Shown here: one piece after another, positions 39,601 to 46,962 of the stretch | Layout of the letters: each line of letters starts with the position of its first letter | Numbering within the stretch: position 1 is the stretch's first letter | Assembly (NCBI GenBank): GCA_023898585.1 | Contig: CP060229.1 | Coordinates: 726,587-790,586, forward strand | DNA: 64,000 nucleotides | Direction of reading: 5' to 3' | Source: Candidatus Nomurabacteria bacterium | Lineage (GTDB): Bacteria; Patescibacteriota; Minisyncoccia; Phycocordibacterales; UBA918 | Notes under the pieces: model-generated | Told to the model about the DNA's origin: nothing | What the model saw: only the letters and a program-made list of their open reading frames with translations | Database searches by the model: none | Made by a program: the position numbers and the translations under genes

Positions 39601-40113
39601 TTCCGGGCCATCCGGTATTGTCCACTCTATTCCGGGACTGCTACCCCAGCCGGCGTTTCCGGGAGCGGTGTGAAAAATAGGAGGTGGGCTGTTGGTACTC
39701 ACGGTAAAAGCATAGTTGTAAGTCATGTCGTAGCTGACATATTGGTTGTAGATGGTTACATTGTCCCCTGTATACCCTGTGTAGGAAGTAGTGTTAATAC
39801 CGTATGGGGCAGAAGAAGATACCATCGCTCCGGTATGGTCGTAGTATGTCGCGTTTGGATTTATAGCTGCTGCCGGTCCGCCCGAAAAAGTGTCTCCTGA
39901 CATGCTGGTACTATCGACAATAATGTCGGTTCCCACATGTCCGGCGCCGAGTAATTGATCTATGGTGTTGGTAATGTCGCCGTAAGCGTGTCGCGAGTTA
40001 GACAGCACTTTAACTTGAGCTTCAACTTGGTTATCTCCGTAAACCAAAAAGCCTAAAATTACAATTACGAAAGAAAACTTGACCGTCCGGTGAGGGTTCA
40101 GAAATAAAGACAT
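36673..40113 (-). CDS. large secreted cell-surface protein: parallel beta-helix (pectate-lyase-like) repeats, FN3/Ig-like domains, Gly-rich linker, coiled coil, C-terminal peptidoglycan-binding (PG_binding_1-like) domain
   Basis: ATG at 40113 gives a signal peptide MSLFLNPHRTVKFSFVIVILGFLVYG. Repeats such as NNVIRDNGIGINVNNGTNDTSVRNNILIDN, a GGGGSGGGGGGSS linker, and a C-terminal LMLQKKLNALGFHVSPTGPGSYGFETTFYGSKTTEALRRFQ block. The track's ORF starts 171 nt upstream at 40284. Confidence 0.8.
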   Translation of the reverse strand: MSLFLNPHRTVKFSFVIVILGFLVYGDNQVEAQVKVLSNSRHAYGDITNTIDQLLGAGHVGTDIIVDSTSMSGDTFSGGPAAAINPNATYYDHTGAMVSSSAPYGINTTSYTGYTGDNVTIYNQYVSYDMTYNYAFTVSTNSPPPIFHTAPGNAGWGSSPGIEWTIPDGPEITFGGTSLSELTARNAGLMAVIKYNHPSWNWLDVKASLRQTASNWNTGYNSATYGFGVVSYASSTALTDGEIKLQPPVARTTTNAFGQNTFTLYPYKQTRRVKEVLFQFDSNPGFQPGELSLNDVITTHGGTKIMEYSDLTATSTLAPIITAFSDKYFAWFTADDANDNTADFSRIDTYSVLGPLSQNQIEFHSYFNILTPTNNSVTSDLPTFTWSEPSSYFGISKYQLYIDGSLHTDNITGTTTTIVTPLSDGSHTWYIVAVNGNGATSSSQSTRTIQVNSGYTESQIWYVDNVLGNDLNDGSESSPWGTIAKAVSVAQPGNTVIIVKNDGVPYREDISPTPVALGDPNITFRGIDAQNKPDILGSQDVSHPSVGGWTAYGGGNPNTYQKSIISAGVLATGPSINSLEKKVRNSTSQNSLNEGEWYSTGVTVYYRLDTGEDINTLHIEAGKENYGLFCLSGNTFKDLVVKYTNQIGVLIADRCIGEGLEVADNGATGVYFYNSSPSTNTDSILRYSTIENSSTNGVYMASLKNAQLYNNVIRDNGIGINVNNGTNDTSVRNNILIDNTKNIEFNIGGALTNFVASNNNWSNGTVDSHWINTFQGTDNQASTSPLFVDLINSDFSLQSFSPNIDTGIDVSLTSDILGNPIYGTPDIGAYEYQPPFTIGSDNINVTSEIRIYADGKYRHTTATSSSETATLSVSPIGGFGVNDYAEYMDISINTWEPDSEDAIKSWTATSSYATSTVFTISGLATDTDYDIKIDGSDSSEISGSNCDSSTCSTDSGGTLSFTYTGSWSTHVFSVERSEVIVPPAPDSGGGGSGGGGGGSSSRSKKENTETENVASSTQETKDLDKEKTRETLLLKIDELKKLITVLRVQLTERTHATTGYVFTKKLEIGDDNNDVLMLQKKLNALGFHVSPTGPGSYGFETTFYGSKTTEALRRFQCYYNIICFGTTGSTGYGSFGPQTRAKMNEI

Positions 40114-40320
40114 GAAATCGGTTGTTACCTGTAAAATATTAGCGAAATTGTACCATATTTGAAGATGTGTAAAAAAGTAACGATGTTTATTAAACAACAT
40201 TTCTTTAATTATGAATTCGAGATGACTTTTCGAATGGTGTGTTTCTGTTGCATACCGATTTTGTAGTGTAAAAGAGCCGGTCACATCCTGTACCGGCCCT
40301 GTTTATAAAAATCTCTCAAA

Positions 40321-40995
40321 CTAGAGTCTAATTTGTTCCTCTTTGTACTTTTTTATTGTCTCTCTACGAACAGACTCGTTCAAAACAGTAAAGTGTTCTT
40401 TGAAACGAGAAATATATTCTTGCCCAGCCTTTTTACCAAGCCAGCGCATTAAAGCTTCTACAACAATCTCGTCACGTCTGGTCACATAATCAGAGTCTGG
40501 TACACATTCACCAAACCAGCCCCGACTCCTTTTACATGACTCCGAGCACTCGTGTATCAGATACCTGGTGGTGTTCGATTTAGTATTCTCGTCCATTAAC
40601 TTAAACAGGAAAACTTTTTCGGCTGGTGTTCCTTCGGGGACATGATTGTCGCTGTAAAACAGAAATGATCGACCGCAGTTCGAACCAAACCACTGTACGA
40701 AACGTGATAAGATCATAATATCTCGGGACAAATATGGACGTCCAGCGAACTCGAAATCACCCTTTGTAGTTCGGCCGATAGTCGCGATACTGGGCATAAG
40801 CTCGTGAATTATTGTTTCTGCCGGCCTCGGAAGGCTAGCCTTTAATGAATTGGCATTCGACCAAAACTCTGCTGAAACAAGGTCATGATTTATGTATCCC
40901 GGTGACGTTCCGTGCTGTAGTCTCGTGGCTCCACCGCTAAAAGTAAAGCCTACTGGAGTTAAAGAGGGATTCTCAAGCGGATGTTGCATTATCAC
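40321..40995 (-). CDS. hypothetical protein
   Basis: 224-aa ORF with no recognised family. Lies immediately 3' of tRNA-Ala. Confidence 0.4.
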   Translation of the reverse strand: MIMQHPLENPSLTPVGFTFSGGATRLQHGTSPGYINHDLVSAEFWSNANSLKASLPRPAETIIHELMPSIATIGRTTKGDFEFAGRPYLSRDIMILSRFVQWFGSNCGRSFLFYSDNHVPEGTPAEKVFLFKLMDENTKSNTTRYLIHECSESCKRSRGWFGECVPDSDYVTRRDEIVVEALMRWLGKKAGQEYISRFKEHFTVLNESVRRETIKKYKEEQIRL

Positions 40996-41129
40996 TACTC
41001 CCTAGTCATGAATGATAGTTTAAAACAACTTCTAAATATATCTTATACGAATTGTAGGCTAAGTAAAGAAAAGTGCCGTATAACCTCTTATCGTATGTGA
41101 AGTCGGTTTTGAGCCGACAAGTTCTATAT

Positions 41130-41205
41130 TGGTGGACTCGACAGGACTTGAACCCGCTACCTCCTCAGTGCAAATGAGGCGCTCTACCAGCTGAGCTACG
41201 AGCCC
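41130..41205 (-). tRNA. tRNA-Ala (anticodon UGC), CCA encoded
   Basis: Reverse complement GGGCTCGTAGCTCAGCTGGTAGAGCGCCTCATTTGCACTGAGGAGGTAGCGGGTTCAAGTCCTGTCGAGTCCACCA. G3:U70 Ala identity pair. The track ORF 41059-41241 (AQLVER...GSSPV) is a translated-tRNA artefact. Confidence 0.9.
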
Positions 41206-41276
41206 TAATGGGCAAATCGCTAATAAATTTAGCACTTGCATGATACGTTATTCTTTTTGTTTAGTCAATTCAAATA

Positions 41277-41305
41277 TTGACAAAATACCCTAAGTATGTT
41301 AAAAT
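41277..41305 (+). promoter_or_regulatory. consensus sigma70-type promoter (TTGACA-N17-TAAAAT)
   Basis: ttgaca at 41277-41282, 17-nt spacer, taaaat at 41300-41305. Followed by hairpin aaagactg-tgttat-agtcttt, ~140 nt upstream of ORF 41446. Confidence 0.4.
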
Positions 41306-41445
41306 AAAAAAAATCCAAAGACTGTGTTATAGTCTTTCGGTTATCAGTGTCGCAGTAGGGTATTGATCTATTGATGATCTCCACTTATACGACTTTTGTC
41401 TCACTGATATTTATTCAATAAGACCATTGGCTTATTATATCGACT

Positions 41446-41880
41446 GTGATTCTCACTCTGTTTACGGCGTCCACTGTATCGTCAGTATCACTACCTGAAA
41501 CAGCGTACGGACACATTGTGAATAACGGCGAAGAGATAGCTGCTTTGCGGGAGGTTGAAGAGGAAGATAATACAGAAGCAATAGTTCGATCTTATTTTGC
41601 GGATATTCCCGTCATGATTGAGGTAGCTAGATGTGAATCTGCCTTTCGTCATGAACTGGAAGACGGTTCGGTTCTGGCCGGACGAGTTGATCCTGCTGAT
41701 ACAGGTGTGATGCAAATTAACAAGCGTTACCACGAATCATCAGCAATAGCGATGGAGCTTGACCTCGACGACCTTCATGACAACATGGCCTACGCCCGAA
41801 ATCTTTACGAGAGAAAGGGAACTCAACCATGGAAGGCATCAATGCCGTGTTGGGGAGGAGTCCTTGCGACAAACTATTAA
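41446..41880 (+). CDS. small secreted lysozyme-like / SLT-domain lytic transglycosylase-like protein
   Basis: GTG start. Signal peptide. ARCESAFRHE (E-S-x-F catalytic block) and GVMQINKRYH (GLMQ-like). Confidence 0.55.
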   Translation: MILTLFTASTVSSVSLPETAYGHIVNNGEEIAALREVEEEDNTEAIVRSYFADIPVMIEVARCESAFRHELEDGSVLAGRVDPADTGVMQINKRYHESSAIAMELDLDDLHDNMAYARNLYERKGTQPWKASMPCWGGVLATNY

Positions 41881-41890
41881 ACTGAATTTT

Positions 41891-41920
41891 AAAGGCCGGC
41901 CCCGTGGGGCCGGCTTTTAA
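41891..41920. terminator. GC-rich bidirectional rho-independent terminator
   Basis: aaaggccggcccc-gtg-ggggccggcttttaaaa. Confidence 0.75.
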
Positions 41921-41946
41921 AATTCAACTCAGACCAAACTCTCACT

Positions 41947-42363
41947 TTATTTAACCGTCTGTTCCACCGGGGCCAGTTTGATGTTTGTACCACCGGGACC
42001 GAATGCCATAAGGTAAAGCAAACCACCGATAACAGCAAAGTTCTTCAATAGACCGGGGTCCATGATAGTACTGTGACCAATTATTGACGCTAAGACAGTG
42101 AAACCGATTAAAATTGCCGAAGCCAATCCGACCCTTTTTCCAATAATAATAGCCCCTCCACAGACAACCTTAACCAAAATAACGAGCCAGATTGTAAATT
42201 CTGCTAAAGGAACACCGACATTAACAAAATACGAAATCGTTCCTGTTGTGTTCATCAGCATAAAAATACCGCTAAGCACAAACAGTAACCCGATCAACAT
42301 TCTTCCAAACTTTGTTCCCTTGTCGCGAACCAAATCACGTTGTGGTTCAGATAGCATTAACAT
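41947..42363 (-). CDS. DoxX-family membrane protein
   Basis: 138 aa, 4 TM, DoxX-like arrangement. Confidence 0.55.
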   Translation of the reverse strand: MLMLSEPQRDLVRDKGTKFGRMLIGLLFVLSGIFMLMNTTGTISYFVNVGVPLAEFTIWLVILVKVVCGGAIIIGKRVGLASAILIGFTVLASIIGHSTIMDPGLLKNFAVIGGLLYLMAFGPGGTNIKLAPVEQTVK

Positions 42364-42473
42364 AATGAATTAAATTTATTCCAGTAAATAATAAATCTGA
42401 CGATATTATAGCAGTCGGTGGGGTATAATTACAGGTTATGAGGTATAGTCAATTTAACAATAATTCATGAAAT

Positions 42474-43676
42474 ATGATTTCTGTTCTGCGAAAGGGCAAG
42501 TATAGAGCCGATAAAAATAGTAACAGTGATGGTTTCATAAAATTATTCATATCCAAAAGACTCATCCACGGCGCAGCTTCAGCGCTACTCGGTATCTTCG
42601 TACCAATCTTTTTGTATAAAGTGTCGGGTGAATTGTTCTACGTGGTCGGTGCTTATTACGCTTTGTTATCGTTGTTGTATGTAGCGTTTTTGGTTCCCGG
42701 CATGTATGTCACAAATAGGCTCGGTTTCAGTCGTTCCCTAGTTCTTGGTGGTGTCTTCAGTGTTGTTTTGTACGGAATCATGTACTGTTTGAATGCGGAG
42801 AATATCTGGAGTTTGATAGTTCCGCTTACCATCGCTATCGTTGGTTTTCGGATATTTCACTGGGTTCCTTTTCATGTAGATTTTACCTTATTCACAAAAA
42901 GCGGTGAGAGGGGAAGATTGATTAGTTTGTCCTTCGCGACAATTGCTTTTATGGGGGTGGTTGGCCCGATACTGGCTGGTTTTATTATTGCGAAGGCGGG
43001 GTATGAGACCCTCTTTGGCACAGCAGTTTTACTTTTGATTCTCGCCACCATTTCTTATGCTTTTGTGCCGGAGACAAAAACTCACTTTGATTGGAGTTGG
43101 CGAGAGACTTGGCAAAAATTTTTCTCCAAGGATATGCGAGGAGTGGTGGTGGGGGAGTTTGCTAACGGAGCCGAGACGATTGTTAACGTCATAGTTTGGC
43201 CGATATTTTTGTACGAAATCTTAAACGGCGATGTCTTCAGTATTGGAGCGGTTTCCACTGTGGTAGTGGGGGTTACCATTGTGTTACAGCTTCTCGTCGG
43301 TAAACACTTGGACAAAGATTACTCCACAAAGGAGAAGACATTGCGGATAGGGAGTACACTCTACGCTTTGGGCTGGATATTGAAAATTTTTGTTTTATCA
43401 GCCGTTCATGTTTTCTTTGTTGGTTTGTATCACAATATTGTAAAAATATTTACCAAGACACCTTTCAGTGCGATTTTGTATGATATGTCGGCGGAACAGG
43501 GGAAGTACGTTGATGAGTTTACAGTATTGCGCGAAATAGCCTCCCACTTCGGCAGGGCATTTTCGTTAACTGTAATTTCCATCTTAACTTTTTTCATTCC
43601 GATTGGCTGGACTTTCGTGATCGCTGCAGTTGCTTCCATCGCACTAAATTTCGTTTATCGAATGCAGAATTTGTAG
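42474..43676 (+). CDS. MFS transporter
   Basis: 12 TM helices. Confidence 0.65.
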   Translation: MISVLRKGKYRADKNSNSDGFIKLFISKRLIHGAASALLGIFVPIFLYKVSGELFYVVGAYYALLSLLYVAFLVPGMYVTNRLGFSRSLVLGGVFSVVLYGIMYCLNAENIWSLIVPLTIAIVGFRIFHWVPFHVDFTLFTKSGERGRLISLSFATIAFMGVVGPILAGFIIAKAGYETLFGTAVLLLILATISYAFVPETKTHFDWSWRETWQKFFSKDMRGVVVGEFANGAETIVNVIVWPIFLYEILNGDVFSIGAVSTVVVGVTIVLQLLVGKHLDKDYSTKEKTLRIGSTLYALGWILKIFVLSAVHVFFVGLYHNIVKIFTKTPFSAILYDMSAEQGKYVDEFTVLREIASHFGRAFSLTVISILTFFIPIGWTFVIAAVASIALNFVYRMQNL

Positions 43677-43820
43677 GATCCTTAAAGATGTTGCGAAACG
43701 GGTAACCACAAAAACACGCAAGCTAACTGTTGGCCGTTGACAAGATTAATAATTTGTCATATTGTATTAGCATCTGAAAGGATATTTAATGTTGCTCATT
43801 TTAGATAAAGGAGATCTTTT

Positions 43821-44189
43821 ATGATGCTAGGTTTAACTAGTAATGCAGAATCGGGGGTTCGAAAGTTCATGAACCTGCCCACAAAGGACAGTGTCTGTGA
43901 ATTGTTCGGAATTTCACGCTTTGACGTAGAAGGGTTTGTTGACGTGAGCGTGAGGACGACGGGATCAGAGAAGGGAAGAAAGAAATCCACTACGGCGTAC
44001 TGTGGTATTTCATACGACGAAACAACAGGCGAAGTTATCGTCGAAATGCTGACAGACACCAAGGAAGGACAAGAATACAAACTCGTCCGAAAGTGCGCAC
44101 GGTCTTGGCCATGGCAACCGCGGGAGTTTGAATTTTTTTGTGAAAAAACAGCCAAGAAGAAGTATTTGTCCTTCATAAGAACAATTTGA
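43821..44189 (+). CDS. hypothetical protein
   Basis: 122-aa ORF with no motifs. Confidence 0.35.
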   Translation: MMLGLTSNAESGVRKFMNLPTKDSVCELFGISRFDVEGFVDVSVRTTGSEKGRKKSTTAYCGISYDETTGEVIVEMLTDTKEGQEYKLVRKCARSWPWQPREFEFFCEKTAKKKYLSFIRTI

Positions 44190-44273
44190 ATATTCTTAAA
44201 GAAAGACGTATCTAGCGCGTAACCCATAATAAATATGGGGCGCGCTATTATTTTATGCAGTATAATTTCATTT

Positions 44274-45095
44274 ATGAAAATTGGATTTTTTGATTCGGGT
44301 TTAGGGGGTCTCACTATACTTAAATCCGTGGCGCGTGAACTATCCGAATATGAATATGTGTACTATGGTGACACAGCCAATCTTCCTTATGGTGATAAAA
44401 CTGAGGAAGAAATTTACCGTCTCACAGTAGAGGGAGTGAGGTATTTGTATAGAAACGATTGTGTTCTTGTGATTATTGCTTGCAATACAGCTTCGGCGGA
44501 GACGGTGAGGAGACTGCAGGTCGAATTGTTGCCGACGGAATATCCCGATAGAAAACTGCTTGGCGTGATTGTGCCCACCATAGAATTGCTCGAATTCAGT
44601 CAACCGACCAAGGTGGCATTGTTGGCTACTAAAAGAACTATTGAATCAAAGAAGTATCCGAGAGAACTTGATTCTAAAGGCAACGGTAACGTAATTCTGA
44701 TCGAAGTTTCGACTCCGGAGCTGGTTCCGCTTATTGAGGCGGGGAATAATGATGAGGCAACGAGACGGGCGATATCAAGAATAGAAGCGGAAGCAGGGGA
44801 TAGCGAGGTTGTGGTTCTTGGTTGTACTCACTACACACAAATCAGTTACTCACTAAGAGAGTACTTCAGGGAGACAAAAGTGATCATAGCGCAAGACGAA
44901 GTAATTCCGAAAAAATTGGAAAGTTATCTTTTTAATCATCCTGAGATTACCAGCAGGCTAACACGCGGGGAAGAGAGAAAGATATATCTAACCAAACACA
45001 GACCGGACTACGACCGATTGATAGGGCAATTCCTCGGGGGAGTTTATCTGGATAAAGAGACGGAAATAGGAAGAGATCTAAACAGCTTGATGTAG
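44274..45095 (+). CDS. murI: glutamate racemase
   Basis: MKIGFFDSGLGGLTIL, IACNTAS and GCTHY catalytic Cys blocks. ATG at 44274. Confidence 0.9.
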   Translation: MKIGFFDSGLGGLTILKSVARELSEYEYVYYGDTANLPYGDKTEEEIYRLTVEGVRYLYRNDCVLVIIACNTASAETVRRLQVELLPTEYPDRKLLGVIVPTIELLEFSQPTKVALLATKRTIESKKYPRELDSKGNGNVILIEVSTPELVPLIEAGNNDEATRRAISRIEAEAGDSEVVVLGCTHYTQISYSLREYFRETKVIIAQDEVIPKKLESYLFNHPEITSRLTRGEERKIYLTKHRPDYDRLIGQFLGGVYLDKETEIGRDLNSLM

Positions 45096-45597
45096 ACCAC
45101 TCCATATGTCGCACAATATATCTTTTGCGACATTAAAATTAAATAACAAAGACATGGTTGTATTTGGCACTCTTACCTTTAGATTAGCTTAAAGTTGCAT
45201 TTCTAAGTGCTAAATGACCCGTAGTGAGTGCTTCGGTCTCTTTATACTCAAGCCAGGTTCAAATTCTTGGTCTTTTATTCTGTGCTTAATTCTAAAATTT
45301 TATTCCACGCTACCGGCGACGTTATTATTTATACTGTGTTTAGTGTCGCAAAATTTGTTTTATTTGCGATTCATTGACTGTGACCCCACGATCATACCTA
45401 CGCCTTTACGTAGGATGGCATGGCAATCAAAAATATTGTCCCATCCAGTTTAAGTTTAATATCCCCTATTCAGATCAAATTCCCTTTCAAAATATTGTGC
45501 GACATTCGATCCTGTCATTATTCATAAGACCTGGTCAGGAGTAGGTAGTAAGCAGATTAGTCATCAAAGAAGCTATCGCAACAGCGGGTTTGTTATT

Positions 45598-46962
45598 TTA
45601 CCTTGCTGGTAAGTAGAGCATTGGATCGAGATAGGCGTCTGTAGCAGCAACCGGTGTGGAGGCTGGTCCACAACTGGTGACAGTTTTTATTTCATTAAAC
45701 TTACGAACGGTAACTCCCTTCTTGGCGTAAACGGTGAAGTGTAAGTGAGGGCCGGTAGAGTATCCTGTGTTCCCCACGTACCCTATCACTTGACCAGTAG
45801 TGACTTTTTGTCCTGCTGTCACAGCGATACTGCTCTGGTGAGCATACAATGTGGAAAGTCCGTTAGCGTGGTCAATCAGTGTCCACATACCCCATGAATA
45901 ACATCCGGGCACAGCATCAGTATTCCCTGTTGCACGCACTACACCGGTGAGTGGAGCCATGATAGCGGTGCCTCGTGGAGCACCCATGTCGATACCTGGG
46001 TGATATGCTCGACCGCCGTAAACAGAAGAATTTCTGGCTGCGAATTCGGTTCCGCCGAATAGTTGTGTAATTATGACGTTAGCAAGTGGCCACTCAAAAA
46101 CTGCCGTACCCGGGGCTGGAATGGTATTTGGATCAAGTATGAATTGAAGCTTTGATTCAAAGTCTCTCATTTCTCTTTCTATCTGGTCTCTGGCTTCTTC
46201 CTTGCTGGCTAGAAGTTGTTGATAGTTCCTCTCTTCGTTTTTTGTGACCGCCAGCAATTCAGCTTGCTCGTTTCGGTTATTTTCCAGGACTTGGTTTTGG
46301 CTAGAGTATTGATTCTTCAGAGAGCTTAATCTGTTTCTTTTGCTTTCATTTTCTTCCCTTTTTTCCACCAAAATAGAGCGAAATGTGTCCAGTTCAGATA
46401 CTTTGCCCGCCATGGTATCGCGAACATTTTCACGAGCTTCAAAAGTGCTCCAAAATTCTGAAAGCTTATCGTGACGCAATAATATTTCTATAAGACTATC
46501 TTCCTCAGCTCGATACTCCGCTCGGATGATAGAACCGATCGCTGCCTCCGTCCCCTCAATATCTTTTTCGGTTTTGGATATTTCAAGAATCAATTTGTTG
46601 ATTTCTAGATCGGTTGAGGTTATCAAATTCTCTGTTTTTGATATTTCCGAGTTGACTTTTTTTCTTTCAAGTTCAAGCTGGTTTATTGCGGACTGTAGAG
46701 TTTTTTTCTCCGCTCCTACTTTTTTAAGCTCGGCTTCAAACTGTGCAATTTCTGCTTCTATTTCTGCCAGACGATTGCTTCGAGTGTCGATCTCATTACG
46801 TAATTTATCAATTTCCGATTCCGCTGAAACTTCTGACGGCGTGATTAAAATGAACTGTGAACAAGCAAACAATACCAAGAAAACAATCAGCAGATTTTTA
46901 CACTTATTCAATGTGAGTGCTGAAGTCTTGGTTTTGAAGAAATTTTTAATAAGATCCGGCAT
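45598..46962 (-). CDS. M23-family peptidoglycan metalloendopeptidase with N-terminal coiled coil (EnvC/LytM-like)
   Basis: HPGIDMGAP (HxxxD) and HLHFTV (HxH). Long coiled-coil N-terminal half. Confidence 0.85.
   Translation of the reverse strand: MPDLIKNFFKTKTSALTLNKCKNLLIVFLVLFACSQFILITPSEVSAESEIDKLRNEIDTRSNRLAEIEAEIAQFEAELKKVGAEKKTLQSAINQLELERKKVNSEISKTENLITSTDLEINKLILEISKTEKDIEGTEAAIGSIIRAEYRAEEDSLIEILLRHDKLSEFWSTFEARENVRDTMAGKVSELDTFRSILVEKREENESKRNRLSSLKNQYSSQNQVLENNRNEQAELLAVTKNEERNYQQLLASKEEARDQIEREMRDFESKLQFILDPNTIPAPGTAVFEWPLANVIITQLFGGTEFAARNSSVYGGRAYHPGIDMGAPRGTAIMAPLTGVVRATGNTDAVPGCYSWGMWTLIDHANGLSTLYAHQSSIAVTAGQKVTTGQVIGYVGNTGYSTGPHLHFTVYAKKGVTVRKFNEIKTVTSCGPASTPVAATDAYLDPMLYLPAR

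Noticed and set aside
36000-41130. Genomic island integrated at tRNA-Ala
   Set aside because: No integrase/recombinase gene and no direct repeat of the tRNA 3' end found between 33 and 41 kb. Retained only as a surface-protein locus adjacent to a tRNA.
41059-41241. 60-aa ORF on the - strand (…GLVAQLVERLICTEEVAGSSPV…)
   Set aside because: This is the translation of tRNA-Ala (AQLVER/GSSP is the classic translated-tRNA artefact).
45214-45453. 79-aa ORF inside the long murI/M23 intergenic region
   Set aside because: Hydrophobic and low-complexity, with no start context or homologue-like motifs, inside a repeat-bounded non-coding segment. Probably spurious.
45527-45560. SRP (4.5S) RNA-like string cctggtcagg...aagcag resembling the conserved CAGGUCAGG/AAGCAG domain IV motif
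   Set aside because: No complementary 5'/3' arms forming the long SRP hairpin could be paired by eye. The GGAA tetraloop context is missing. Likely chance similarity. Kept only as a cmsearch suggestion.
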